64,000 nucleotides of DNA from Eledone cirrhosa (GCA_964016885.1 OZ024745.1:114080001-114144000), one strand, 5' to 3'. Positions 13,617 through 27,515 are shown, counted from the stretch's first letter. Notes: a model not told the origin generated them from the letters alone. Numbers and translations: made by a program.

Positions 13617-14777
13617 GTGTTACTGGGAACTTTAACATCAATTGTGATGTGGATAGGCTATACTTCTCACGCAAGGAAGGTGGCCGGGATCTAAAATCCA
13701 TATTAACATCATATGAGACCCGGATAGTAACACTGAAGCAGCATCTTCAACAGAGGAAAAGGTTGGCAACCATCTTGCCCAGGTTTATGAGCATGAAAAA
13801 AAAAATATCATTAGAATAGCCACTGATCTGGAGGAGAGATATGGAATAAAGCCTGATATAAATCTCTCACCCAGAGAAATCGGAAGATCATATTCAATGT
13901 TCAAATAAGATGAAAAAATTGACCAATTTACAGAAAAAGTTGTGCATGGAAACTTGAGACGTAAAACACAGACCATAGAGGGGATAAACCACTCAAAAAG
14001 CCTGGCATGGAGTTCCGACAAGTTTATGACATCACACCTTGAGGGATATCTCTATGCAATACAGGAACAAGAACTCCCTACCAAATATCTGCTGCACAAA
14101 AGGGGAGGGCCATCAGCTGACAATAAATGTAGGCTATGTAAAACAAAGATAGAGGATGTAAGCCACATTGTTGCCAGCTGCGAAAGAATGTCATCTCGCT
14201 ACTACCTCTCCATGAGACACGATGGGATAGCTAGAACCATCTGGAACGCACTTCGGTAAACAAAATTAACAACAAACGAGGAAGAATATATTGAGACAGA
14301 TGGCACTAAGGAATACTGGTGGAACCTGAAAATAAAAACTGCCACCAAATTAAAGCACAACCAGCCTGATATTGTTGTTTGGGACCACACATTGAAAACG
14401 TGTTCTGTTGTGGAGATCAGCTGCCCACTTGATGTAAACGTTGTCAGAAAAATACAGGAGAAGTAGGACATCTACGGACCATTGATGAGGAGTTTACAAA
14501 TCCAGTATCCAAGATACACCTTTAGCTTCATACCCATCATTATTGGAGCTACGGGTTATATACCAACCCGCTTGGACCACAGTATGACTGAACTTGGATT
14601 TGCGGACAAAGAGCGCAGCTCCCCAATTCATAGTCTACAAATGACTGCGATAGCTGGCACCTTCAAAATTTACAAAACATTCTTGCGATTCAAGGGACAA
14701 TTTCTTTTCTTTTACAACCTTGCCACCAGAAAGGTGGCCGGTCAAAGAAATATACTCGAAATTAAGAGAAAGAGATA
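13617..14777 (+). mobile_element. 5'-truncated R4/Dong-like non-LTR retrotransposon (RT thumb, CCHC finger, RLE), inactivated
   Basis: DRLYFSRKEGGR; AIQEQ; CRLCKTKIEDVSHIVASC; RHD; HNQPDIVVWD..VEISCP; PIIIGATG; several stops; (CATA)n on both sides. Confidence 0.85.
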
Positions 14778-15402
14778 ACATACATACATACATACATACA
14801 TACATACATACATACATACATACATACATACTTATATCAGAGAATGTTCTGTATGCTAAGAGAAATGAATCATATTTTGTCTCATTCATTATTATCCTAG
14901 ATGGGGCTGAGTAATGGAAAACGAACAGAGCATCATTTAGTGAGTTTAGTTGAAAAGGGAGGGAAGTCATATGTGTATAATCTTAAACTACGTGTACTTG
15001 TTTTGTGTGTATCTGTGTAAATACGTGACTTTGTTTGTGTATGAATATGTGCGTGGCTGTGTCAGTATATATGTGCGCAGGTGCTTGTGTGTGTGGGTCT
15101 GTGTGTGATTAAATGAATAAGTTAATGAGAGAAGAAACAGAGAAAACAATTACGCTTTCAAATTAGTTGAGGGAAAAACCTCTTTCTAAAAAGAGTCTTT
15201 TCTTGCAACATTCTTTACAATAATACTAAATTAGAAATTGCACCAAAATTGTGCCGGACGCTGTAGGGAAAGAAATGCTCGTACAATGTCTAGACATACA
15301 TACACAGCAGACATTTACATTCTTTCAAACACACACTATACATGTGGATATATGTATGTGTGAGTATATATATATATGTGTGTGTGGGTGTGAGTGTTTG
15401 TA

Positions 15403-15436
<34 letters not shown>

Positions 15437-15610
15437 AATATATATCAGTTTATTTTGATCGTGCTTTTATATTTAATTTTATTTCATTCCTTGTATTTTG
15501 ATCATGCTTTATTTTTATTTTTATTTTTAATTTCATTCGCACCGTTTCCTTTCGCTATATGTCTCTCCACCACTCCCCTACACACCCTTTGAACTCTGTT
15601 CCCACACACT

Positions 15611-15690
15611 TCTCACCCGAGGAAGGGCTTATGCCCGAAACGTCGTTCCCCACCACCACCCCACTCTCCAGAGCGTGAAATTAATAAACA
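15611..15690 (+). ncRNA. Penelope-pLTR-type hammerhead-like motif with U4C change
   Basis: CCGAGGA-A-gggc-ttat-gccc-GAAA-cgtcgt at 15617-15646, AATAAA ~35 nt downstream, T-rich tail into (TA)n. Confidence 0.6.
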
Positions 15691-15734
15691 TTCGTTGTAC
15701 TGCCTCTCTGTTTTGTTCCTGTTCAAATTTTTCC

Positions 15735-15794
<60 letters not shown>

Positions 15795-15796
<2 letters not shown>

Positions 15797-15968
15797 GGAA
15801 AACAGTCAAGACCCGACGGCTGAGATAGATCGGATCTAGCTGTCGAAACGGCCAGCGCTCAGCCGTCGAAGTCCTGACTCTTTTCCTATTACCCACTCTA
15901 CTACTATAAGTATTGAGTACTTTGGTGCGTTATGGTCCACCTGGGATTTAACCACACCCGCCTTTGTT
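15795..15968 (+). mobile_element. Half-hammerhead fold-back family 2 copy (others at 21075-21198, 28065-28235, 54439-54652, 55153-55206)
   Basis: GAAA-cggc..gccg-TC on the right arm, inverted left arm starting TATAGGAA, shared tail ttacccactctactac..agtattgagtactttggtgc. Confidence 0.75.
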
Positions 15969-15969
15969 A

Positions 15970-16015
<46 letters not shown>

Positions 16016-16093
16016 GTGGTAGAACACTGGGAGGTAATATCCGTAGTGGTAGTTGAGTTAGGTAGAAGTGGTTACACAACAGTTAGTTCACCA

Positions 16094-16136
16094 TACAGAG
16101 AACAATTGTTTCACCTTAACGGATCCTCAGCTCGTA
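16094..16136 (-). ncRNA. Type I minimal hammerhead ribozyme within a TA-flanked element (16015-16180)
   Basis: Minus strand: tacgag-CTGAGGA-t cc gttaa gg t-GAAA-caattg-TT-ctc(t)gta; the element's 3' end recurs at 56360-56400. Confidence 0.7.
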
Positions 16137-16180
16137 GTGGACATGGTTATACCGAACAAGAATGACAACCGGTTATATAG

Positions 16181-16233
<53 letters not shown>

Positions 16234-16236
<3 letters not shown>

Positions 16237-16770
16237 TATGCATACGTACATACATATATGTATACAGACGTACAGTAGTACATGCAGACATATATATATG
16301 TACGTATGGATTTACCGAACATTTATTTTATTATAATGCTCGGTTTGTTTGTAAACAAACATCCCGAATTAAGCCGTACAGTGTTTAGCAACCATCGTTG
16401 CCCTTTTGTTCAACACAGGCAAAGGAACGATGCCGTATACCTTCCTGCCAGATGATTGAACGTCTGAAAGTATATACTTTCCTTATGCATATTAACGGCT
16501 GAGCAGCCCAATTTGCATATCGAGTGAGTTAATCGGCCGGGCGCACCGAAAACGATAAATGGAAAAGAATGAAATGAAATTTCATTTGTCACTCTTAGTA
16601 CGGCTGTTACTTAAATATAAGTATGTATACGTACATACATATATGTATACAGACGTACAGTAGTATGTATATATATATACATACATGCACACATATATAT
16701 AGTTACCGAATATTTATTATAATGCCTGGTTTGTTTGTAAACAAACATCCCGAATTAAGCACTGTACAGC
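16234..16770. repeat. ~150-nt direct repeats (16234-16381, 16617-16769) around a unique core
   Basis: taagtatg.atacgtacatac...ttaccgaa.atttatt..ataatgc..ggtttgtttgtaaacaaacatcccgaattaagc occurs twice. Confidence 0.7.
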
Positions 16771-16787
16771 TTAATTCACTTTTTTCC

Positions 16788-16878
<91 letters not shown>

Positions 16879-17293
16879 CACATATATATGTATATATATA
16901 TATATAAAAGCTATATTTATTAAAGTATATCACTGTAACGCATGCGCAAATCCCGCGTAATATCTGCGATTCAGTCTTAAATAATCGTTAGTTGAATTTT
17001 TGTTGGTGTCAGAGTTAACTATAATGTGAATTTAAACATATATGAAAAGATAACATAAAAATCGAACTGATTGATAGATATAAAATGAATTTTTGTATAC
17101 CAGAAGGCAGGCAATTTATTGGAATTCAGTTGTTTTATTTCCGTACTCATATAGAAAGCTCTGTCTTGCAGTTATGTATATTTCTGCATTCTATAAAGAA
17201 AACGGGATAGAATGGGAAAGAAAAAGAAGAAGCGTCCTGCTCTCTCTCTCTCTTTCTCTCTCTCTCTCTATTTTTCTCTCTCTATATATATAT

Positions 17294-17344
<51 letters not shown>

Positions 17345-18558
17345 TACAAATGTGAGTGAGTTTGTATGTGTGTGTGTGTGTGCGTTTCTATAATACGTAG
17401 CGTTTATGAAAAAATGAATGCAAGTTTGGACATTTTAAAGTTATTTTCTTTTTGTGAACAATTGCCAGAATTCATATAGTGATTATAAAATAGACGAATA
17501 GGTCAACTGAATTAACTTTGGAGACAGTAAAAACATGAACAGAAGATTTCTGCGATCGATACATGGTACACATTTCTCAGGCATTTCTAACCACCATTTC
17601 TACCATCACCAAGGGTAATTTAGCCAAGTTATTCGACTACTTTATAGTTATCTGGTAAGTTAGTTAATTAAGAAGGAGTCAGACCTCACCAATACAGACT
17701 GTTCCATATAGGACGAGTTGATGCAGCATATACTCCACTTGAACATCTGTAACTCAATGTAGAGAAGGCGTGGCTGTGGGCAAGGTGGAACAAAGTCTAG
17801 TCTGAATGTTTGCAACACAATGAAGTAAAATAAAGCTATCCAAGTATCGAGTTATTATGATTAACTAGGTGGCGTATTCATCATTAAAGGCACTCATGGA
17901 TCAGTGGCGGTATTAAACACAGCTGTGTTAGGACTATTGCTCAAAATTAAAAGTATTCATGTGTCAGTGTGAGGTGTTAGATACAGTTATGTGTTAGGGT
18001 TACTCCATCTAGTTAAAGTCACCCATGCATCTGACGGAAGGGTTTAACTCAACTGTGTTAGAACTACTACGAAAAGTTAAAGTCACTTATGAATCAGACA
18101 GATGTATCAAACTGAGTAACGTATTAGGACTACAGACTAAAGCTAAACGCATTGAAAACCTAGCTGGTACTCTTAAACTGGGCAGGGTTTTAGAACTACC
18201 GCTCAAAACTATAGGAGCCTAAGGAATAGGTGGTTGTGTTAAATTGGGTGGCCTGGCCTGTTAAGATAACTATCTAGTCGTTGTAGAGATTTAGTCAACA
18301 CCAGGTCAACATCGAAAATTCCTTTGCTAAATGCTATTGTTTCTTTAAATCAGTAAATTCAGTTTTTCGTTGTCCGTCAGATAATCTCTTGTGAGTCTTC
18401 AAGTTAACTGCATCGTTACGGTATAAACCAATGGAATAAACCAGATTGCAGTGGAGAGAGAACGCGAGATAAGCAAGGGGAGATAATTATATAGATATAC
18501 TTGGTAAATTAAAACTGTTGGCGTGAATGTAAAGTCTACATGTCAGTTTGAGAGAGAA

Positions 18559-18670
<112 letters not shown>

Positions 18671-18827
18671 CGTGTGTGTGCGTGTGTGTGTGTGTGTGTG
18701 TGCGTGCGTGCGTTTGTGTTTGTGTGTCTGTGTATGTGTGTGTATAAGAAAGAAAGAGAGAAAAGAATTAAGATAATATAGAAATATAGAAATATAGAGA
18801 TATACATACAGAGAGACAGACAGACAT

Positions 18828-18907
<80 letters not shown>

Positions 18908-18909
<2 letters not shown>

Positions 18910-18983
18910 TTCTTTATTAGCCACAGGGGCACAAAAGAAGGGGACAAATACAAAGGGGGAAGTTTACATACAATAAAAACGTA
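18908..18983 (-). mobile_element. Tx1-like LINE 3' terminus inserted in (GATA)n
   Basis: Matches the end of the LINE at ~62455-62535 (gccac.agggc..caaa..gggacaaatacaaagggg..gtttacatac). Confidence 0.7.
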
Positions 18984-19696
18984 GATAGATAGATAGATAG
19001 GCACACAAACAAATAGATAGGTAGATATTAAGAAGGGAAAGGAAAGGAAGCAAAAGGCATTGAGAAAAGTCCAGGAAAAATTAATCAAAGAAAAATGAAA
19101 TGAGTAAATGATAGGAGGAGGTAGTGGTGAAGGAGGAGTGGGGGAGAAGGAGGTGGTGGTGGTGGAGGAGGAGGAGGAGGAGGAGGAGAGATTAACTACT
19201 CAAACTACTATGTATTGATTTTCTAAGTCTGTGTGTCTATGTGTATATGTGTCAGTATGTGTATACGCTTGAGTGTGCGGGAGCATTTGTGAGTGTGAGT
19301 ATGCGTTTGTGTTTATGTGTGTGTGTGCGCGTGTGTATGTGTATGTATGGGCGCGTGTGTATGTGTATGTATGATTTGCGAGAGCATTTGTGAGTGTATG
19401 TATGTGTTTGTGTCTGTGTATGTGTGAGTGCATGTGTATGTGTATGTATGGGCGCGTGTGTATGTGTATGTATGATTTGCGAGAGCATTTGTGAGTGTAT
19501 GTATGTGTTTGTGTCTGTGTATGTGTGAGTGCATGCGTATGTGTATGTGTGGGTGCATTATTTTGTTTATGTGTTTCTAACTGCATACAGGACTTTGTTT
19601 GTGAGACTTTGTGTTTATATTTGCGACCAGAGGATTATGTACGTGTGTGTGAGTGCGGGTGTGTATGTATGCGTGTCTGAGTGCATGTGTGTGTGA

Positions 19697-19733
<37 letters not shown>

Positions 19734-20019
19734 TGTGTGGATGGGTGGGTGTGAGTGTATGTGTTTGTGTGTATCTGTGTGTGTGTATGTGAGTGAGTGT
19801 ATGTGTTTGTGTGTATCTGAGTGTGTGTGTGTGTTTGTGTGTATCTGTGTGTGTGTGTGTTTGTGTGTATATGTGTGTGTGTAGAGGGGGGAGTGATAGT
19901 TTCGAACAGAAAGAATGAGAAATGTGAGTTCTGAGAAGATAGATGAAGTTTGGCTGATATTCAGAATAAATATATGACAGATAATAGATTGACTGGCACA
20001 TAAACACATACATATATAT

Positions 20020-20740
20020 ATAGTTACCTGGACATACATACATACATACACACACACATATATACAGACATATATACATACACACACACATATATATACA
20101 TACACGCATACATATATATATAGTTACCTGGGCATACATACATACACACATATATACATATATACATACACACATACATATATATATATAGTTACCTGGG
20201 CATACATACATACACACACACATACACACATATATACATACAAACATACATATATATATAGTTACCTGGGCATACATACTTATGGATGCATATATACATA
20301 GATACATACACACATACACACATATATACATAGATACATAGACACATACACACATATATACATAGATACATACACACATACACACATATATACATATATA
20401 CATACACACATACATATATATAGTTACCTGGGCATACATACACACATACACACATATATACATACAAACATACATATATATATATAGTTACCTGGGCATA
20501 CATACTTATGGATGTATATATACATAGATACATGCACACATACACACATATATACATACAAACATACATATATATATATAGTTACCTGGGCATACATACA
20601 CACATACACACATATATACATACAAACATACATATATATATAGTTACCTGGGCATACATACTTATGGATGTATATATACATAGATACATACACACATACA
20701 CACATGCAAACATACATATCTGTATAGTTAACTGGGCATA
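20020..20740. repeat. Minisatellite with TAGTTACCTGGGCATAC core in CA/TA-rich spacers
   Basis: About nine recurrences of the core at variable 55-160 nt spacing. Confidence 0.85.
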
Positions 20741-20872
20741 CATACATACATACACACATATATATACACACATACATACATATATACAGACAGACAAACA
20801 GACAAAGTGACAGACAAGCAGACAGACGAACGGACGGACAGACAAAAAGACAGGCAGATGAACAGACAGGCG

Positions 20873-20937
<65 letters not shown>

Positions 20938-21211
20938 TTTCTGAATTTGTTTAGCAAGATTCTTTATCTGAAAACGTGTGTTGAAACCGATATTGTTATA
21001 ATTTGGGAGGGTCATGTTGCCAATAATAAACACACGCACCACATTAAAGTATAACAATATATATATATATATATGAAAATGTTCAAGACCCCGACGGCAG
21101 AGCTCAAGGCGTTTCGACGGCTATTTCTGGAACTGAGTCCAATTGGAGTACTCTGGTGCGTTATGGTCCACCTGGTTCCTTACCACACTTCCTTCGTTAT
21201 ATATATAAACA

Positions 21212-21295
<84 letters not shown>

Positions 21296-21402
21296 AGACA
21301 TATGTATGCGTGTAATTATATCGTGAGAAGAAAAGAGACATATGATTATACGGAGAGAGAGAGGGGTGGAGAGAGAGTGAGAGTGAGAGTGAGAGAGAGA
21401 GT

Positions 21403-21456
<54 letters not shown>

Positions 21457-21966
21457 GAGAGAGAGTCGCTGTGATACAATTGTATGATAAGGGTGATATT
21501 GATCGATCTAGTTAAGTTAAACGATGATTCAGATTGATACAATTAGAGTCACAATGCGTGGAAAGATGTGTGAGAACGCCTCTAAGAGTGATAGGGGGAG
21601 GAAGACTTGGAAGACTTGAAGTAGGCAAAGAAGAAAATCAGTGTGAAGGGGAGGAGCGTATGTGAGATTTCATAAAATAAATACGAAGCCTGAACATTCA
21701 GTGACACAGAGCTTCTCCTTGGTACGGTATTCAACCAACTTTATACATTGAATATAATCACAACTAAATGAATGTAATCGCCATTTTCATGCTTCCTGTT
21801 TCTGTATTCCATTTTATTTGATATGATTAATTGTTTCCAGTAGTCATTACAGACTCAAAAATCAATATCATTTAAAGTTCGATCTCCTGCTATTTTACGA
21901 AGATGGGATGATGCCTATTCACTCTTTCTATACCGTCTGCTCCGTTATTTTCTATCATTAATAGAC

Positions 21967-22045
<79 letters not shown>

Positions 22046-22244
22046 ATGTATGCATATATATATATATATATATATATACGTATGATATATGTGTGTGTAT
22101 GTTTATGCATAGAACAATAAAAAAGCTAAAGTCAGGCGTACGTAGATGGTTAGTTCATTGTTTTAAGATCGTTTCAGAAGGTCGATCATCATCATCATCA
22201 TCATCATTTTACGTCCGCTTTTCCCTGTATATAATTTTTTTTTT

Positions 22245-22360
22245 TAAAGGGTGGGCGAAGATAAATGGAAAACAAACGAAACATAGGACAATCCCCTATC
22301 ATCAGTCGACCTCTGGATATCCTTGTCATTTCGGTATATTTGAGGCTGATATCACGTTTG
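22245..22360. repeat. Unclassified interspersed repeat (other copies ~45405-45570, ~45835-46000)
   Basis: Shared tcatcagtcg.cctc..ga.atcc.t..atttc.gt...ag.gtcgatatcac. Confidence 0.6.
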
Positions 22361-22366
22361 TTTGAA

Positions 22367-22560
22367 GGTGCGTGGCTTTGTAGTTAGTGTATTCGGCTCA
22401 AGATCGTAACGTCATGATTTCTATTCCCGGTGGTGGGCGGTGTCTTTGAGCAAGACATTTTATTTCACGTTGCTCCGGTCCACTCAGCTGGCAAAAATGA
22501 GTTGTACCTGTAATTCAATGAAACAGCTTTGTCGCATTCTGTCTCATGCTGAATTTCTCT
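22367..22560 (+). mobile_element. tRNA-derived SINE, second family, diverged
   Basis: ttgagcaagaca..tatttcacgttgctcc.gtccactcagctg..aaatgagt shared with 24668-25000. Confidence 0.7.
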
Positions 22561-23538
22561 GAGATTTCCGTTCATTCTTTGAACTAGAACACTCCTCTTC
22601 GTAACTGACGGAGCACGTGTGTATATAAGGAAAAAGGAAAACAGTGCTCAATCGGGACAAGAACAGAACTATATTATTTATTGATGTTCATACACGGAAC
22701 AAAAACGCTTCACAAGGTTTCAAGGCCCAAATTTGACCAACCTCTAGAATACAAGAGGCATTAAATTAGTGACCTTTTTTCAGGCGCTTATACCAGTTTA
22801 TAAATTCGTAAGGGTCACTAATTTTGGTGTATTCATCGTATTTTAGTATTAAACTAAATAACTGCAGAATCAAATGCTTCGCTTCGAATTTGTATTATTC
22901 GCATGTTAAAAATGTAGTTTTCGCTTTTCAAACATCCAATCTAATCCAATCCATTTCAGGGCCTTCTCACTTCTGTTACATGATCTCTACCGCTTCCTGT
23001 TTGGTTTTGGTTATGTCAGCGGTCTAGCCGTACTCATCACGCGTAGCCAATTGCGGATTGGTCCGGCTAATTAACCACTAGTTGTGGTGGATTGCTGTTG
23101 ATTCTGAGGAGTTTATCCGGCGTTTTTAATAACTCTTGCTGTTTGTGATGCTTGGATTCCACGTACACTCCTTACCAGATCACAGTCTGATATGGAGAGC
23201 TGGTTTAGTTTCCGACCACTCAGCCATGAAGCAGGTTTTATTGGGTTACCTTTGTATACATTAATATATAAATTACAAAACCCATACACACCCGAAAGGA
23301 TAAAAGTCAAAGGTTGATCTTGGAGAGATTTGAACTCAAAAGTAGAGCTGACATAATCTAATGTATAACCCCGAAACATTTGAATATTTTATTATATCTT
23401 TTTTACTCTCACTAAGGACTTTGCAAAATCAATAGAAACTTTCTAATGTCTGACAACCAGTTATTTATATACTCTGTGAATCATGACGAGTCCACATTAA
23501 TTTCTCTCTTCTGCTTTTGTACAACACACTCACACACA

Positions 23539-23598
<60 letters not shown>

Positions 23599-24667
23599 TA
23601 TATATGTGTGTGTGTATGGATATATGTGTGTGCGTGTGCACTCGTATTATTTGTTCAATGTACAAATTAAAGTTTAGTAATTGCCATTTTTTAAAAATCT
23701 TATTAAAACCAAACTACGTAAAATTGAATGATTCTTTAACAATTTTTTTTTCTGCAATTCAGTTAGTTTCGGTCAACTATTCCAATTTCGCCCTCAAGAA
23801 ATAATCGGAATGGAATTTCATTTTTTTTTTATACATTTAAAGATAAATTTTTCTTTCTCCTAACCCATATAATATACATGCACGTATTTCCTTTTTTTAT
23901 TTATAATTTTGATAATTATATTTTTTAACATTTTCTTTTCCATTATAATATATTGATTTGTAACTTCGTCAGCACAATGCCTCAAATTTGGAGTGAACTA
24001 ATGCAATCCATTGTATCTATTATTTTCTCTCTCTGTTTCCGTCCTGTACTCATAGCGAGCAATTCTTGGTTGTTTCCAGTATCTCTACGTGAACAGTTTG
24101 ATAGGCCATCTGTCAACATTTTTCCAATTCTGGTAGACAAGTACATTGTCAGTGAAACCCAGGACCGTTCTAAAGACGTGTCGTAATCGACTCCGAGGGA
24201 GAAATACAGATGAAGAAAGAAAGAAAAGAAACGACTCTAGCCCTTGAATAGATATTTACTTATCGATCCCGAAATGCAAGTTGACATCGTTCCATGTACT
24301 TGAATGAAAATGTATTGATCCATCCCAAAAGCCAAAATCTCTATCGGTATAATTTGGGGGAAATACCGCAAGACATTCTTTCCGACGCTTTCCCAGTTCT
24401 GTTAACTTGCTATACTATAATCTGGTATATAATCGATTGCTTATGGAGGGATGAATGGAAAAAATACATGATAGAATTTAAGCCTGAATTAAATAGCAAT
24501 GTATCATTCCACCACTAACCACAGCCCCCCACGACCACTCTGATAAATATTGATTTCTTACGTAGCTACAAGGTCACTGCTGATTAGCAATCAATACCGC
24601 GGTAGATGTAATCAAAATTATATTGAATTAATAATTAAAATCCAACTGTAGAATTGAATTTAATCTA

Positions 24668-25000
24668 TAAAAGGGTAAGGATAAAGACCCCCTTCGGTCA
24701 TAAAAGACCATGGGATTTTACTCCATGGGTTTCCCTCCGAGGCACAAGTCCAGGCAAGGATGTTTGTGGAAGACCAGCAGTCACCCATGCATACTAGTCT
24801 CCACCGATGTTGTCCAAGGGAAAGGCAATTGCCGATACAGCTTGGCACCTATGACGTCGCAACTCATTTCTACAGCTGAGTGAACTGGAACAACGTGAAA
24901 TTATGTCTTGCTCAAGAACACGACGCAAAATCCAGTCCGAGAATCGAACTCACAACCTAACGAGTGTAAGACTGACGCTCTAACCACTAAGCCATGCGCC
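24668..25000 (-). mobile_element. Full-length tRNA-derived SINE, second family
   Basis: Minus strand starts GGCGCATGGCTTAGTGGTTAGAGCG (A box), then GAGTTCGATTC (B box), central domain and structured tail. Confidence 0.85.
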
Positions 25001-26277
25001 TTCTATACATTGTGTAGTAATGAAGATAATAAAGATCATAGAATTCAAATCACAAATAGGTAATATTTCGGTTATATCTCACCTTCTTGAGTGCAGTATC
25101 AAATGTTATAGAATTTAAACACAGACACACATACTCATACACGCATTATATATATCAAGCACCAGTAATGCACTGGGATAATTGCTGGCCTTGTGCCAAA
25201 GGAAGAAACAATTATATATATATAATTTAATCAATTTCTTTATGATATAATAATGACTATATTATATTCGGGTATTATCAGTCTAATTTAAGAGATATAT
25301 TAAAAAAAACTCGTAGTTGATATTCGTCTTTCAATTTGATCAATAAACCAATGTACCAGACAAGTACTTAGATCAGTTAAATCAACTATAATTCTCCCAC
25401 ATGTCTGTATTTCTACCAATGAATAGGGAACGAGCTAACAAAATATGTCAGCAATAGAAATATATAGATGTAATGCAATCAACTATTCGGTCAATGAATT
25501 ATCTTCTATGGCGAGATTGCTTGACCTGCGAGAAAGTAGCAGCCAATTGTTTCTCAAATCGCACCCAAATGTCTTTAAAAAAAAGGACACAATAAAAAAT
25601 GTCGTAGTCCAAGATACACTACATGAGAGTATAATCATGACTGGAAGACATTTTGATCTTATGTCAACTTGTTCTGGAATGAGCTAGAGCTGAACAACAC
25701 CATTAATATGGACAATCCAGCATGCTTAATCAAAATAATTTAATGAATAAATATTTGAGTATATATAATGAGTAAATATGAAATTCTCGAGAAGTATGTA
25801 TACAAAGGTGGAGAGTAAATCTAATCTGATTTGTAATTTGGGTGATAAGATTGCTTTGCTTCTTTGATTTTAATTTTAATTTACTGATTAGTAGAAAATT
25901 AATATCATTACGATTAAAATTTTTCAATTCTTCAACTTTTTAAATCATGCTCCAGTTTAGCCATTCTATATGAATTTATCAATTATTTTCTCTAAAACGT
26001 TCTCTTGAATTCGTAAAAAAAATTTTCCTCCATATATTTTGAAATATGGGCATGCAGTGTTCAAATATTCATTAACTTGCATGGATGAACACCGTTATCG
26101 CGTGGATGTATATATGTGTGCGTGTATGTTTTGTGTTGAAAAATGTGTGTATATAAACAAATATGTTTAGACACACACTCACTCATACACACACACATAT
26201 GTATATATATATTTATATATATATTTACATTACATATTAGATTAACAATGATGATAACAAAGGCAAGTTATTTTATT

Positions 26278-26313
<36 letters not shown>

Positions 26314-26359
26314 AGTGAGAGAGAGAGAGAGAAACCACAGACCCTCCATCTCAACTCTA

Positions 26360-26395
26360 CTTTTGAAAAGCAGAAGAACTGCGAAACCGGTAAAG
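26360..26395 (+). ncRNA. Decayed minimal hammerhead
   Basis: ctt-TTGAAAA-gcag-aagaa-ctgc-GAAA-ccgg-TA-aag, then AATAAA; two core transitions; tail 26455-26530 recurs at 30418-30492. Confidence 0.55.
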
Positions 26396-26548
26396 GAACC
26401 AAATAAATATATATATATTTTTTAAAATAAGACTCCAGTTGCATTTTCGATTTCATCTTTTTTTCTTTATACTTTCACTCGTGTAGGACACCTCGGTTAT
26501 TTTTCATTTTGTAAAAAACCTCACTTTATAATAATATATATATATATA

Positions 26549-26785
26549 ATATGATTCCAGTTCCTCAGTGAAATAAAAACCCAACCAGGAACTGGGCATA
26601 TCAGAGTATTGACAAAGTTATACACCTCAACAACACGTGTACTCGTCTCTACCACACTAATTCGGATTGCCTGAAGAGGTCAAGCCAAAGATGGCTATCA
26701 CCGAGATATATATAGCAGTAATAAACCAAGCCAAATTTTAAACATTTGACTTATTTATTTTATTTTATTTTATTTTATTTTATTT

Positions 26786-26787
<2 letters not shown>
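26549..26787 (+). mobile_element. Hammerhead element family 1, copy 2 (GAAA changed to GAGA)
   Basis: Colinear with 9796-10061; ribozyme region 26666-26719. Confidence 0.85.
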
Positions 26788-26868
<81 letters not shown>

Positions 26869-26875
26869 ATATATA

Positions 26876-27022
26876 CTGGTATCCACCTATGTATGGAGGG
26901 CCAATGATAAGGTTGTTAAAACTCGGCAATAGATGGTTTCAACAAGATTAGGTGGTGAATTTATAGTAGACTCTCATCACATAATATTCTATCAAAGATT
27001 CTACTCGAGCTACATATTCATT
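26876..27022 (+). mobile_element. TA-inserted family with a decayed hammerhead (second copy 28668-28828, minus strand)
   Basis: Copy 2 minus strand: aaaactc-GTGAAGA...GAAA-gc-TA-tagtttt at 28731-28784. Confidence 0.6.
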
Positions 27023-27033
27023 TATACATATAT

Positions 27034-27130
<97 letters not shown>

Positions 27131-27245
27131 TGTGTGTGTGTGTGTGTCTATTGAACAATGAAAATAAAACAAAAGTCGAAGATAGGTTCTTAATTAGTTC
27201 AATATTTTACGATCGCTTCAGAGAGTTGATTGATCATGGTAAAAG

Positions 27246-27311
<66 letters not shown>

Positions 27312-27380
27312 TGTGTGTGTGCGTGTGTCCATTGAACAATGAAAATAAAACAAAGGTCGAAGAGAGGTTCTTAATTAGTT

Positions 27381-27515
27381 CAGTGGTTTACGATCGTTTC
27401 AGAGGGTTGATTGATCATGGTAACTCGATATATTGATTAATAAGTAGTGTTTATGTCACAACCTATTTCTAGTTTCGATATCCTTGATCCATCTCAACGT
27501 CTTCGTCAGAAACTG
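27381..27515 (-). ncRNA. Type I hammerhead with ~100-nt stem II, inside a tandem plus inverted cluster (27147-27678)
   Basis: CTGACGA (27509-27503), long imperfect hairpin, GAAA (27400-27397), CGATCG, GUA; stem I weak. Confidence 0.65.

Noticed and set aside
20020-20740. CRISPR-like repeat-spacer pattern
   Set aside because: Eukaryotic context, spacers are related microsatellites of irregular length, no cas genes
23953-24186. ORF containing WSEL, resembling nuclear receptor helix 5
   Set aside because: Flanking residues do not match NR2E (expected LLEEAWSELFLL) and there are no suitable splice sites
24930-25000. tRNA gene
   Set aside because: A and B boxes continue into a SINE body; no complete cloverleaf
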